A DNA stretch of 64,000 bases, taken from Octopus vulgaris (lineage: Eukaryota). The DNA lies in assembly GCA_951406725.2 (NCBI GenBank), contig OX597824.1:25730001-25794000 (forward strand), given 5' to 3'. A program made the translations under genes and the position numbers. Shown piece by piece: positions 25,212 through 40,153 of the stretch. The notes under the pieces were generated by a model, which was given only the letters and a program-made list of their open reading frames with translations, was not told where the DNA came from and searched no databases. Every line of letters starts with the position of its first letter. Within the stretch, counting starts at the first letter, position 1.

Positions 25212-26360
25212 ATGGCAAAAAAATACGGATAAGATTATAGAGTGGGAGATTGACCCACTTAAGGAGTGACTCAGACAGCAAGAGGAGAGGACGGTGGTGT
25301 TGAGAACGTATTCGAAGGTTTTCGACATCATTGCCGTCTTCTCCAAGCAGATGATTGAGCAGGAGTTGGCGGAACATCTGCCAACCATTAAGTATATCTC
25401 TAGAGGTGTCAAATATGCAACGGTGTGGTTGCTGTTTGACACCTCAGAGAAGGCTCGCAGTTTTGCGAGCCAGCCCTTTGCGGGTAAAGAAATTTTGTTT
25501 CTTCCTACTTATTGTGGGAAAAAATTGACGAGGGCTTGGGTCTGTGGTTTGCCACCCGGAATTGAACCCGAGTGGATAGAGGATACTATCCGTCAGGGTC
25601 TGTGTGGCAGCGGAACCAGGCTTCTCAATTTGAAAATTCTTCCTGCGGCTGATTGGGTTGGGTCAAAAGCTGTTTTGACCCTGTGGACCCAATGAGCCAT
25701 GAATCTGGTTATGCCAGAGTTTTTGAAAATGGCCGTGTGCAGGTACCCGGTGATTCTTGAGAGTCACTCTCCCAGGTGTCATCGGTGCCTGGAGCCTGGC
25801 CATATAAACAAAAACTCCTCAGGAACAAAGCAAAGTCCTGGAGTAATTGATTGAGACCTCTGTAGAAGAAGGGACAAAGGCGGCGGAGGAGACGGAGGAC
25901 TCCTCAAAGAAGGGCCGCAAGAGGAAGAAGGCGAGCAACAATGGGTGCTCACCGAAGGATCCTAGGGATGAGGGAGGGGAGGCGAATCTCCCGGTCACGG
26001 AGGAGACGCACCCTCCCTCAGTTGAGAAGAAAAAAGAGGAAGAGGAAGAGAAACGGAACATTGCCGGCAGTCGGTGACATAGCACCGGAATGTCCCGGAA
26101 CCTTGCTGGTAGGGGTTGTGCCACCAGCAGGGAAAAAGACACCGTTGGGGGCAAATTGCGCCGCCAACGGTAGAACTGACTACCTCGAACCCGGAGGAAG
26201 AGGAACTATTGGTCTTCTTCTACAGAGGCGGAGAGGTAGAAGAGATGGAGGAAAAGCACCATAAGGGAGTGCTTTAATCTTCACACAGGATCCCGAATGG
26301 CCTCCGCAGATAGCTGTGGAGGTCACAACGTTGCCCGTGACGTATAGGCTGCAGGGACTC
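25212..26360 (+). pseudogene. Degenerate L1/Tx1-like ORF1 (gag-like) relic
   Basis: RRM-like segment (25294-25695), then after a stop RCHRCLEPGHINKNS (decayed CCHC knuckle) and a K/E-rich tail. Confidence 0.55.
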
Positions 26361-26836
26361 AATCAGGAATATCGCTTGTGTGTGTGTGGGGGGGGGTTGT
26401 CTACCACCATCGCTTGTCAACTCATGCTAGTGCGTTTACGTCCCCGTAACTTAGTGGTTCGTCAAAAGTCATTGGGCTGCGGCTATGCTGGGGCACCGAC
26501 CTTGAAAGGTTTCAGTCTAACAAATAGACACTAGCTACTTATTTTTCTTTTTAAGTCTGGTACTTATTCTATCGTTGTCTTTACCCTGTCCTATGTTACA
26601 AGGGCGTAAGCAAACCAACACCGGTGGTCAAGCTGTAGGAGACAAACAATCACAAAGACACCAAACACACATAAACATATGGAAGGCCGTATGATCGAAA
26701 TGAGGAATAGATAGACAGCCGACAACTAATGAAGGGTCCTTTCTCTGTGTTTACTTGTCCTTTTTCCCTTTTTATCGTTTTTTACGTATTTCATGTTATT
26801 TGCCCTGTAGGTGACTTCCTGTCCCCCCATATATGC

Positions 26837-26907
<71 letters not shown>

Positions 26908-27030
26908 GGAGTAAACACATAAATGTGAAACAAGGTGGAAAAAAAGAGTACTCAAATACCAGTGGTAGAGTAATATGCATTATTTAAAGCAGCAGAAAAT
27001 TCAACAAAACCTGTTACTCTGAGTTTCCCG
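26908..27030 (-). mobile_element. Penelope-like terminal fragment with the 3' half of a hammerhead
   Basis: Minus begins cggGAAACtcagaGTAacagg and runs into (TA)n. Confidence 0.4.
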
Positions 27031-27065
27031 TATTATTGGACGCGCAGGAAAGGAAAGAATGAAGG

Positions 27066-27103
27066 AGGATTTAACGTTTCGGCCGGAGCTCTTCGTCAGA
27101 AAC
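27066..27103 (-). ncRNA. Minimal type I hammerhead motif with canonical core
   Basis: Minus: gttt-CTGACGA-agagctccggcc-GAAAC-GTT-aaat; self-complementary AACGTT stem III as in dimeric PLE hammerheads. Confidence 0.55.
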
Positions 27104-27231
27104 ATAGAAAAAGGAAAGGTCCAAGGAAGGGAAGACAGAGGAAGAAAATCGCCAACGATACACACGCAATATATATATATATCATATTATTTATTACACA
27201 CACGCGCACACACACACACACACACACACAC

Positions 27232-27305
<74 letters not shown>

Positions 27306-28199
27306 GCCTTCATACTGTTTCTTACAACCAAATTCACTGACAGCAGAGGACTCTTACCGACGGTGTTGTACAGTGGCACTGAGCCTGAAACCACGTGGTT
27401 TCAAAGCGACTTTCTTAACCACAGAGTCACAATGTCTAGATACACTTAGACCATCTGCATGTGACTGGACTTGATATTTGAGCATACCTGGAATCAGATG
27501 CTGCACGGGGATTAGCATAGAGTTACTTCAATCACAGGTTTAAGTAACTTCATCAGGCACATTAAATTACCCAACCATCACGTTTAGCAATGTATGAATA
27601 TAAGTCGCAGATAGAAGAGGAGAAATGTACTAGGTATTACATTTCAACACCTTCACAACATCCAAAGCATGTATAGAAGTTTTATAAATATGCTAGGGGT
27701 ATATGTACAGATACTACATTTTGTTACTACGACGAAGAAACTATTGTGTACACAAGTTATATTACATTCTTCATATCATGTGAAATGTGATGTTTTGAGT
27801 TCTTTTATTTATGATTCGTTAACTGGAGATCCAAGCAGATAAACAATGAGTAACGTAATATAATTCGGTTGCGTGTGTATCGGATTACATATAATAACTG
27901 TTTCATGAATGCGCAAAAACAACTAATGTTAGTGAACACTCTCATCGAAAATTTTATCACAGGATAACCACACAGTACTATATTTAGTTATGAGATTAAT
28001 TGCTGCTAAATGTAATTATTCAAATCACGAGAGGAGCGTTTTAACAATATTGAACAATACAAACCTTGTCTGATATTCCTTTTTACCGAGTTTTCTAGCT
28101 GAATCTGATCATGAACCTCTTGAACTCATCTTTAACGCACGTACATAAATAATTGCGTTTGACCACACAACTGATGGTATAGGATTTTCATATTATAGA

Positions 28200-28432
28200 T
28201 GGCGAGCTGGTAGAAACGTTAGCACGTCGGGCGAAAGGCTTAGCGGTGTTTCGTCTGCTACTACGTTCTGAGTTCAAATTCCGCCGAGGTCGATTTTGCC
28301 TTTCATCCTTTCAGGGTCGATTAAATAAGTACCAGTTACGCACTGGGGTCGATGTAATCGACTTAATCCGTCTGTCTGTCCTTATTTGTCCCCTCTGTGT
28401 TTAGCCCCTTGTGGGTAGTAAAGAAATGGGTA
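28200..28432 (+). mobile_element. SINE family B monomer
   Basis: Full consensus; flanked by ggtataggattttcatatta duplication. Confidence 0.88.
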
Positions 28433-28517
28433 TAGGATTTTCATATTACATATGAAGAAAGCTTCATTCATTATGCCGGCGTGCGTTCTTGACTAAATGC
28501 TGATGCTTCGGAAATGG

Positions 28518-30000
28518 CGTCCGGTCAATTCGTCGACGAAAATTTATCGTCGTTTAATTTGTCCTCGGTCAATTCGCGCTGGTTATTTCGTCCCCTGGTC
28601 AATTCGTCATCAGTCAATTCGTCGAGATCATATGGAAAATGGAAGAACGAATGTCTGAATTTTTTTAAAAAACTTTTATTTTAAGGTTTGCTATAATACA
28701 TATTTATTTTTCTTAAAATTTAAGATTGTGTGCAATTACTTTTTAAAAAATATTTTTTTGGCTTGGATCATATTTTCCATGACATTTTCATGACACATAT
28801 CTGTGTATTTTTTTCTTTTGGTTTGGTTTTTCTTGCATAATCTTCCGCAATTTGGTGCTGACAAACCTGTCCTCATATTTAATTACATCAATAAGTTTCC
28901 TAATATTTGGATGACTAATTTTCAGTGTGTTTTTCAGCACACTGTGGTAGGCTTCTAAGTTACATGTAGTACGACCAATCTTCGTCATACATCGTTCCCA
29001 AACATTCTATATAGGTAATGGAAATGGAGGTTCAAGGCGTCGTTTCCTCTGCCCACTTCCTCTATATAATTATCCTATATACAAGTTGTTCATATCCATC
29101 TACAACATCATCAACCGCCAGAAAGGCAAGGACAATAAAGCAACGCATTTTTAGACTAAAACTGTCTACTTCGTCATATCTGCATTTTAGTCCTTCTTGC
29201 ACAATGATCTCGTACACATCTTGTTCTAAATAAAACAAACAGCATGCCAAATTCAACCCAGAAATCCGTTATGGGCTGCTTTTTCGAAATCCATAATTAT
29301 ATTATCAGGTCCATTATTCTACAGTAATTCATTTATTTTGGCAAAAAGTCTACTATATATGTCTTGACTTTTGTCGGAAAGCAATGTGAACAATCGTGGG
29401 CGCATTAAAATTATCAATTAGAATGTGAAATATATATAACTAAAAAAATATACTAGAGCAGCGTTTAAATGTTCCGTCTGCCACCCAGTTCTTGTGCTGT
29501 TTTAACTTGCAAATGGAAGCACTCCGTCGGTTACGACGACGAGGGTTCCGGTTGATCCGAATCAACGGAACAGCCTGCTCGTGAAATTAACGTGTAAGTG
29601 GCTGAGCACTCCACAGACACGTGTACCCTTAACGTAGTTCTCGGGGATATTCAGCGTGACACAGAGAGTGACAAGGCCGGCCCTTTGAAATACAGGTACA
29701 ACAGAAACAGGAAGTAAGAGTGAGAGAACGTTGAGGTGAAAGAGTACAGCAGGGATCACCACCATCCCCTGCCGGAGCCTCGTGGAGCTTTAGGTGTTTT
29801 CGCTCAATAAACACTCACAACGCCCGGTCTGGGAATCGAAACCGCGATCCTAGGACCGCGAGTCCGCTGCCCTAACCACTGGGCCATTGCGCCCCCACAA
29901 ACTTGCAAATATTAGTATTCGTTTTGAATCTTCCGTTCCGCTGTCATACAGTAAAAACGTTTCATCATTGTCAAGGTAGGAGTATTCACTTGGAATGGAA
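28518..30000 (-). mobile_element. MULE (Mutator-like) transposase relic with tandem subterminal repeats
   Basis: Minus fragments FLLYDSG..RILIFAS, WVADGTFK, RTTCNLEAYH..HPNI; repeated ggtcaattcgtc units at 28520-28625. Confidence 0.7.
29515..29899 (-). mobile_element. SINE family C inserted in the MULE relic
   Basis: tRNA-like head; 11-bp TSD aacttgcaaat (29504-29514 / 29900-29910). Confidence 0.9.
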
Positions 30001-30557
30001 ACGCACACACAGTAACTTGAGTTACTACAAACAGCAGCCAAATCTCTCTTAAAACACACCCTTTCATCAAAAGGAAACACAGATTTACAGTATTCCAGGA
30101 AGAAAAAAGAAAAAGAGTATGTGATGTATCTGGTACATTGGAGGCAATTCTGGGCTAAGCAAAACCCAGACAAACATACTTCACATTAAAAGATTATCTA
30201 CTAAATAATATTAGTAAAGTTGACGGTATATCTTCGAAGTTTCATTACCTGGTAAAACTACAAGTATTTTAAACATTTTCTCATTATGCTCTATCTAAGC
30301 CATAAAAATTGTCCAGGCAGAGTTGCTTCCCTTAGCTAAAGACCTAAAAATTGTATGACCCGACCTCGTTTACGAGGTTATTTTTGTAGTAAAAAAGAGT
30401 TGTGCAAAAAACATATTTTATTTGGTAGTCGGAAGTTTACTGAATCTTTTCCTACCTCATACATCAAAAATCGACAACTCAGTTTTCAAATCCATAAGGA
30501 ACATACGCGCGCGCGCGCAACGCACAAACTTTGTTTTATGATATAATATATATATAT

Positions 30558-30855
30558 ATCACGTGACCACGTGATCACGTGACCGACCAGTCCATCAGAT
30601 GGTTACAAGCGTTCGCATTGTTTTAGCCTTCGAATGACGCCACCCCGCTGGGTAAGTGAGCAGGCCAACAGAAGAAAGAGTGGGAGAAAGAGTGGTGAAA
30701 GAGTACAGCAGGGATCACCACCCCCTGCCGGGGCCTCGTGGAGCTTTTAGGTGTTTTCGCTCAATAAACACTCACAACGCCCGTCCTGGTAATCGAAACC
30801 GCGATCCTACGACCGCGAGTCCGCTGCCCTAACCACTAGGCCATTGCGCCTCCAC
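30558..30855 (-). mobile_element. SINE family C variant
   Basis: Near-identical to 354-659. Confidence 0.8.
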
Positions 30856-30871
30856 TATATATATATATATA

Positions 30872-31818
<947 letters not shown>

Positions 31819-32049
31819 GCAGTCAGACAGAAACCGGAACATTTAAATCAGGCGAAAAGAAAAAAAGAAAAATGGAAAAAACGACCCAGTATTTATAGTT
31901 CCATATAAATTCCTGTTCATCCAAATAGAAATTGTAAAGATGAGTCATATTTTGTTGGGGAAAAAAAAACAGCTAGCGAGATCACAGAGGTGGTCAGGTC
32001 ACAGAGCACGTAATTAGAGCATGTGACAGAGTAAGCAAAACAAAACAAG

Positions 32050-32262
32050 AGAGTTTTACTTGTTTCATTTCGGTAATTGGACTATGGCCAAGCTGGGGCA
32101 CCGCCTTGAAGTATTTTAGTTGAACAAATGGACCCCAGTATTTATGGTGTATTATTTTTTCCTTTTCGTTTTAAGTCTGCTACCTATTCTATTGGTGTCT
32201 TTCCCCGAACTGCTAAGTTATGGAGGGGCGTAAACAAACCAACACCGTTTGTGAAATAGTGC

Positions 32263-32322
<60 letters not shown>

Positions 32323-32490
32323 CAAATATTGACTCAAAGGCCTCCTCCTACACACATATACGCCATGTTTTACATAGTTCCCGTCTACCAAATTTACTTG
32401 CAAGGTATTGGTCGACCCCGAACAACAGTAGAAAAATCTTAACCAAGGGGTACCACGCAAAGGGATCGAGCCCAAACCCAACAGGATGCA
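32050..32490 (-). mobile_element. Diverged SINE family A
   Basis: ttttacttgtttca...ggggcaccgcc...(TG)n...ccgtctaccaaat. Confidence 0.65.
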
Positions 32491-32684
32491 AATGTAATTA
32501 GTTACATATTTCATAATAAATATTATATAAACAAGCTTTCCTGTTTTGTTTCATTACCTCTCTTTTTCTGTTTATTTATCTATCTATCTACCTATCTATT
32601 TATCTATCTGTCAATCTATTTATCCATATATATACATATATACGTATACATATATATACATACATACATACATACATACATACA

Positions 32685-32751
<67 letters not shown>

Positions 32752-32810
32752 ATATATAGATGCGTGTGTGTATGTAGGTATGTATGTATGTAATGCGCAT
32801 AGCAACGTTC

Positions 32811-32872
<62 letters not shown>

Positions 32873-32878
<6 letters not shown>

Positions 32879-33372
32879 AAAAACTATTTGCCAACATAAA
32901 GTAGCAGTCCTGGATGGGACGAATGTTACTGTTGTTTTGCCCCAGGAAACGTCATTTCCAGCTGGCTATACGAAACAAACAATATCTGTCCTTATATTTT
33001 TGAACAAAGGAGCTCAGCACCCCCATCCAGCACAAAGCAACATCTGTGGACCGGTTTCTGGGTTATTGCTCTTTCTCAACTCAGAGCAGCTGCTCGGCTA
33101 GACGACGCTGCTCAACATCCGTTCGAAAATATATAATTTTCAAAGTGATACACAGCCACTGGTCTAATAAATAGAAGCATTATTGTTTCTAAATTTCTCA
33201 AAGAGAGATATTCAGTAACAGTACTTTAAAGTGAAGACTATTTTGCCAACATAATATTGTTGCTTAGCCATATTACGTTGGCAAATAGTCTTTACTTTAA
33301 AGTACTGTTACTGAATATCTCTTTTTGAGAGATTTAGAAATAATAACGTTTCTATTTATTAGATCAGTGACT
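32873..33372. mobile_element. Penelope-like small element: direct terminal repeat, ~105-bp inverted repeat and degenerate hammerhead
   Basis: taaagt(a/g)aa(a/g)actattt(t)gccaacataa at 32873 and 33227; IR 33154-33257 / 33270-33372; minus GAAACCGGTCcacag at 33044-33058. Confidence 0.5.
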
Positions 33373-33384
33373 CTGTGTGTGTTT

Positions 33385-33428
<44 letters not shown>

Positions 33429-33726
33429 TTGTGTGTCTTTGTGTCTGTGTTTATCCCCCTTCATCGCTTGACAACCGGTGTTGGTGTGTTTACGTTCCTG
33501 TAACTAAGCGGTTCGTCAAAACAGATCGATAGAATAAGTACTAAGAGGCTGACGTAGGATTTGCACTCCGGCTTCGTAAAACCCTCACCAGCAATGACTA
33601 CCCAGAACAGACCCTTGGGTTAGCGGGTCGTTTCCTGATGGTGCAAAGGTGTTACCTGCCAGGAGTAGTAAGGAATCACCAACAAATGATAGATGCAGCG
33701 ACTCGCTGTAACAGCGCATGCCCCCA

Positions 33727-33771
<45 letters not shown>

Positions 33772-33854
33772 CAAAGTGGGTACTGTCATGATCGTTGCTA
33801 TACGCATTACATTCTCCTGCTTCAAGATGTCCAGTTTATTTATTTATCTACTTA

Positions 33855-34245
33855 TTAGCAGTATCGCCCGGCGTTGCTCGGGTTTGTTTCGACCCTTTAG
33901 AATTGGAATTTTTGAAAAGTAAACATTTTGCATTATGTAGCTTGTTATTCTCTTTAAGTGGACATTTTTCTGGTTAAAATACACCGAAGAATGGCGACAC
34001 AGCAGTCAAAAAATCGTAAAAAATAGGGATTTTCAAAGAAAAAAAGCACCTTTTTGATGTAAATAATTTTTGGTGTTAACATGGTCCGATTTGAATATTT
34101 TCTTCTACGGAAGGAAGAGCAAGCCTTCTTCTATCATACTCTCAATTTTGGTCAACTTGCGCCGCAGGGTCTCGGTGGAGATAGTGTTAGTTGAAGGTTG
34201 CCAAACCTGCCATACACAGAAAACTTCAGATTTATATTTTGAGAG
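33855..34245 (-). mobile_element. Non-autonomous Helitron-like element, family H2
   Basis: Reverse complement of 43237-43625; shares its 3' hairpin end with H1. Confidence 0.75.
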
Positions 34246-34324
34246 ATAACATCCGGCCACCTTCACAGATAATCCATTAGGATAAGCAGAAATTCATTAT
34301 CATTAATGTCTTTTATCTTTTATC

Positions 34325-34532
34325 TTTTACTCGTTTCAGTCATAATAGTGGAGCTATGCTGGGGCACTGCTTTGAAGAAGTTTTAGTTGGTTGAATCGAT
34401 TCCAGTACTTTTTTTTAGAATAGTACTTATTCTATCGATCTGCTTTACCGAACCGCTAAGTTACAGGAACGTAAACACACCAGCACCGGTTGTCAAGCGA
34501 TGGAGGGGGATAAGCACAGGCACAAAAACACA

Positions 34533-34593
<61 letters not shown>

Positions 34594-34760
34594 ACCACAG
34601 GCTTCTTTCCGTTTCCGTTTACTAAATCCACTCACAAGGCTATGGTTGGGTTGGCCCGAAGCTACAGTAGAAGACACTTGTCCAAAGTGCCACGTTGTGA
34701 AACTGAACCCGGAACTATGTGGTTAGAAAGCAAACATCTTACCTCACAGCAACGCCTGTG
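34325..34760 (-). mobile_element. SINE family A, diverged
   Basis: Reverse complement of the family A head and tail. Confidence 0.75.
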
Positions 34761-35007
34761 CCTCCACACAGCCATGCTTGTGCCACCACGCAGCCACACC
34801 TGCGACTCCACGTATATGCAATTCCGGATGTAATCCTCAAGATTGCATGAATATCTTGGGAATCATGCTTCTAACATTAAACAGTTGCAAACAGCTGTAA
34901 TGCCACAATGAGCATTTGTAATTATTTCTCTCCTGGACATATTAAGCGAGACAATGAGGCTGCATTTACGAAGACTCACGTTTCCAAAGGTAATCTATAT
35001 ATTACCT

Positions 35008-35167
35008 CTGTGTGGTGAGTAGCTTGCTTACCAACCACATGGTTCCGGGTTCAGTCTCACTGCGTGACACCTTGGGCAAGGGTCTTCTACTATAGCCTCG
35101 GGCCGACCAAAGCCTTGTGAATGGATTTGGTAGACGGAAACTGAAAGAAGCCCGTCGTATATATGTA

Positions 35168-35219
<52 letters not shown>

Positions 35220-35224
35220 ATATA

Positions 35225-35295
<71 letters not shown>

Positions 35296-35535
35296 GTGTA
35301 TGTGTGTGTGTATACATAGGTGTGTGTATATGTTTGTGTGTCTCTGTTTGTCCCCCAACATCGCTTGATAACTGATGCTGTTGTGTTTACGTCCCCGTAA
35401 CTTAACGGTTCGGCAAAAAAGACAGATAGAATAAGTACTAGGCTTACAAAGAAAAAGTCATGGGGTCGATTTGCTCGACTAAAAGGCAGTGCTCCAGCAT
35501 GGCAACAGTCAAATGACTGAAACAAGTAAAAGACA
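35008..35535 (+). mobile_element. SINE family A
   Basis: Consensus match with long central (TA)n. Confidence 0.85.
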
Positions 35536-35796
35536 GAGTATTAAACTCCATCTACATTTGTTCAGTTACTCCAGACGTTACATTTAATTCTAGACACCAT
35601 TTTGCCTAATATTGGATCACGCAGCGGTGGTAGGGTGTAATCACAGACATACACACATATAATGGGGTTAAGGTGCAGTAATTTGTATAGCATATAAGTA
35701 AATAAATGGAGTTGAACGCAGGTGTTATTCTTTTACTTTCGACATATGTCTTCAAAACATGAATAACAACTGCTTTCAATTCCATTTATTTACTTA

Positions 35797-36193
35797 TCTT
35801 TATATATAAAAGAGAAGTTGTGTGTCTGTCTCCTACGATTTAGATTCCTAACTACTCCCACATTTTGCGGTGCAGTTTAACCAAAACAGGGTATCTTATA
35901 GTCGTGATTCATATCGAGCCCTTCTGGGTATTAGCGTGCGTCTACGATGAGTCTACGATTTAAAAAAAAATTTGCCATAATTTTTTTCCATTTTAATGCA
36001 TTTTTTCGCTATTATATAAGGGAAGTAACTCTCTAAAAATGTCTACGATGAGTCAACGACTTTAAAAAAAAATTACCATAATTTTTTTTCCATTTTTAAT
36101 ACATTTTTTTGCTATTTTTCGGCTATAACTCTCTAAAAATGCTTTATAATTATTTCCCTTACAAACCCGAGCAACGCCGGGCGATACTGCTAG
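35797..36193 (+). mobile_element. Helitron-like element H1, copy 2
   Basis: A|TC...CTAG|T; near-identical to 14887-15283. Confidence 0.82.
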
Positions 36194-36326
36194 TACTATA
36201 CAAATTACTGCGCATTAATCCGGAGTTTCTACCTTTGAATAGGTCGCTACATCCTTGTTACTTGCGTGAATTTTGCTACCCTGGTAACTGTTTATTGAAT
36301 GCAAACAAAGGATAATCCATTCATCC

Positions 36327-36370
<44 letters not shown>

Positions 36371-36784
36371 TTTACCTACAAATTATAAATGTGGTGGTCA
36401 CGGCTTGAATGCCTTTCATCATATGTTTTCTTGATAACAAGACTATCAACAACAGCAACAGCCGTTCAAGAATTGGGACCTGGAGATCTCCATTTCCAGC
36501 GACTTCGAGGGCCACCTCAAGTGGTGTTGGGCGTCAAGGAAGATCCCTCGACAAGGACAAGACGACCAAAGTTTTTTTTTTCCAAGGTCTGGGGTCTCCC
36601 TAGACCATCACCTAATCACCCTTACCCATCTTGTTGCTTAACAACAACAACAACAACATAGACAACAATACGAATAACAATAACAATTTCATCAAATTCT
36701 TTCGCAATAAACAACGCCCATTACCTATCAATGAGTATCACCACCACCACCACCACCGACACCACCATCACAACTACCAGTACC

Positions 36785-37383
36785 TATTTCTTTATTACCC
36801 ACAAGGGTCCACACACAAAGGGGACAAACATTGACAGACAAACGGATTAAGTCGATTACATCGACCCCAGAGCGTAACTGGTACTTATTTAATTGACCCC
36901 GAAAGGATGAAAGGCAAAGTCGACCTCGGCGGAATTTGAACTCAGAACGTAGCGGCAGACGAAATACTTATTTCTATTGCTTTTCTACCCACAAGGGGTT
37001 AAACACAGAGAGGACAAACAAGGACAGACAAACGGATTAAGTCGATTACATCGACCCCAGTGCGTAACTGGTACTTAATTTATCGACCCCGAAAGGATGA
37101 AAGGCAAAGTCGACCTCGGCGGAATTTGAACTCAGAACGTAGCGGCAGACGAAATACCTATTTCTTTATTACACACAAGGGACTAAACATAGAGGAGACA
37201 AACATGGACAGTCATAGGTATTAAGTCGATTATATCGACCCCAGTGCTTAACTGGTACTTAATTTATCGACCCCGAAAGGATGAAAGGCAAAGTCGACCT
37301 TGGCGGAATTTGAACTCAGAACGTAGCGGCAGACGAAATACATTTCGTCCGGCGTGCTAACCCCTCTGCCAGCTCGCTGCCTT
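36785..37383 (-). mobile_element. SINE family B trimer (one head, three bodies)
   Basis: Three ~185-190-bp units; flanked by aca(a/g)ctaccagtacc 15-bp TSD. Confidence 0.85.
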
Positions 37384-37629
37384 ACAGCTACCAGTACCAT
37401 TACTACAACCACTTCAAAGAACCACAAAGGCTTCAGAGGCGAGAACAATGATATTCGTTGTCCTCATTCATCTTCACATAAAAGCATTTCGTCCGGCGTG
37501 CTAACCCCTCTGCCAGCTCGCTGCCTTACAGCTACCAGTACCATTACTACAACCACTTCAAAGAACCACAAAGGCTTCAGAGGCGAGAACAATGATATTC
37601 GTTGTCCTCATTCATCTTCACATAAAAGC
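37341..37629. repeat. Exact 144-bp tandem duplication
   Basis: Unit spans the SINE head and adjacent unique flank. Confidence 0.9.
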
Positions 37630-37876
37630 AGCCGTGACCGACCCTTCCTATTATGCTGTGACCTTCAAATCAAAATATCTATAGTGGAATATTTGCTCCA
37701 ATAGGGAGCGACGGTGTCAAATTTACAAAACTACATCAGATAAACCGGAAAAAAATAATACAATTTTGCGTTATCCTTAACTATCCTGGCGGAGGTTAGG
37801 AAATGGTAACCGGATGCCGTGGAACCAAACCTTAGTCTTCTATTACGCACACACAACATCTGTCCGTTTATGCGAA

Positions 37877-37910
<34 letters not shown>

Positions 37911-38082
37911 TCACACACACACACACTTATACACACATATATGTATGTTTTCATGTGCGTGTGTATATACATACATACATTCATATATAAGTGTGTGTGT
38001 GTGTTTGTGTATACACATTCATACATATGTATGTGTGTGTGTGCGCGCGCGCATAAACACATTCATACATATATATGTATAA

Positions 38083-38132
<50 letters not shown>

Positions 38133-38191
38133 AAAGAATTATGTATGCGTATATAATATAATACAATAAATATATTATACACGCATAATAC

Positions 38192-38333
<142 letters not shown>

Positions 38334-38405
38334 GTAAAGAATTATGTATGCGTATATAATACAATACAATAAATATATTATACACGCATAATACATACAT
38401 ACATA

Positions 38406-38440
<35 letters not shown>

Positions 38441-38481
38441 TATATAATTATATATATATATACATATATATATATTATATA

Positions 38482-38555
<74 letters not shown>

Positions 38556-38642
38556 GTATGTATGTATATATATATGAATGTGTGTGTGTGCATGATATAT
38601 TTATTGTATTATATTACACGCATACACACACACACATATTTA

Positions 38643-38701
<59 letters not shown>

Positions 38702-38704
<3 letters not shown>

Positions 38705-39310
38705 GTCATCCCATAAGTTCTGTCCGACTTTACCTTTTTTAAAATTGAATGAAATTTAATTGTATTTTAGAATGTCTAATGGAATTTAAAATTATTTTTA
38801 TGCATTTGAGTACATTTAAACTAATTAAATATTATTTTACAGAATAATCGAATTAAAATTTCTTTGATTAAAATCCTTTCTAACATGGAAGTATCCAAAG
38901 AGCATTTAAGGCGCATAATGCTTTATAAGTACAAAAAGGGAAACTCTGCAGCCGAAGCAACTCGAAACATACTCTCAGTTTATGGGAAAGAATGTTTGAA
39001 TGAAAGAACTTGCAGAAGATGGTTTGCAAAATTCAGAAGTTGAGATTTCAGTCTTGGAGATGAAGATCGAACAGGACGTCCAGTTGAGTTTGATGATAAG
39101 CTCCTTGAGGCATTGCTTGAAGAAAATCCTACAGTTTCAGTTGAAGAATTGGCAATAAAGCTTAGTTTAAACCATACAACTGTTCATCGTCATCTTCAAC
39201 AACTTGGAAAAGTTCCTAAACTTGGAAAATGGGTGCTTCAGGAATTGTCCGAAAGCAACCGCAAATCCCGAGTTGACATCTGCTCTTCTCTCCATTCTCG
39301 CGAAGTCGTT
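38702..39310 (+). mobile_element. Mariner 5' half (HTH region), pseudogenised
   Basis: MEVSKEHLRRIMLY..RRWFAKF..RTGRP..GKWV with an in-frame stop; truncated by a SINE. Confidence 0.82.
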
Positions 39311-39492
39311 TCACCGGCGTGCTAACATTTCTAAACATAGAGGGGACAAACAAGGACAGACAAAGGGATTAAGTCGATTATATCGACCCCAGTGCGTAAC
39401 TGGTACTTATTTAATCGACCTCGAAAGGATGAAAGGCAAAGTCGACCTAAGCGTTTCACCAGGCGTGCTAACGTTTCAGCCAGCTCGCCGCC
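39310..39492 (-). mobile_element. SINE family B, rearranged
   Basis: Family B body; duplicated cgtttcacc(a)ggcgtgctaac. Confidence 0.7.
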
Positions 39493-39787
39493 TTCTCATA
39501 GGCAAATTCACACGCAAACATATGCACACATGGCAATATATTCACACAAACGTAGAACCAAATCTATAGCGAATGCAACATACTTTAATACACACATATA
39601 AACTTATACATACACTCAAACTACATTACAAAATACACACACACACGCACACACGCACGCACGCACATACATACATACATACATACATACATTCATACAT
39701 ACATACATACATACATACATACATACATACATACATACATACAAACAAACAAACAAACAAACAAACAAACAAACAAACAATTACATA

Positions 39788-40153
39788 ATGGAAGCACTCC
39801 GTCGGTTCCGACGACGAGGGTTCCGGTTGATCCGAATCAACGGAACAGCCTGCTCGTGAAATTAACGTGTAAGTGGCTGAGCACTCCACAGACACGTGTA
39901 CCCTTAGCGTAGTTCTCGGGGATATTCAGCGTGACACAGAGAGTGACAAGGCCGGCCCTTTGAAATACAGGTACAACAGATACAGGAAGTAAGAGTGAGA
40001 GAAAGTTGTGGTGAAAGAGTACAGCAGGGATCACCACCATCCCCTGCCGGAGCCTCGTGGAGCTTTAGGTGTTTTCGCTCAATAAACACTCACAACGCCC
40101 GGTCTGCGAATCGAAACCGCGATCCTATGACCGCGAGTCCATTGCGCCTCCAC
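39788..40153 (-). mobile_element. SINE family C
   Basis: Matches 29515-29899; aattacataa duplicated at the flanks. Confidence 0.88.

Noticed and set aside
29562-29814. Recurrent ORFs MVVIPAVLF.. and MFIERKHLK.. (also at 39837 and 51869)
   Set aside because: They recur only because they lie in SINE family C copies
36785-37383. CRISPR-like array
   Set aside because: Units are ~185-bp SINE bodies with no unique spacers; eukaryotic context and no cas genes
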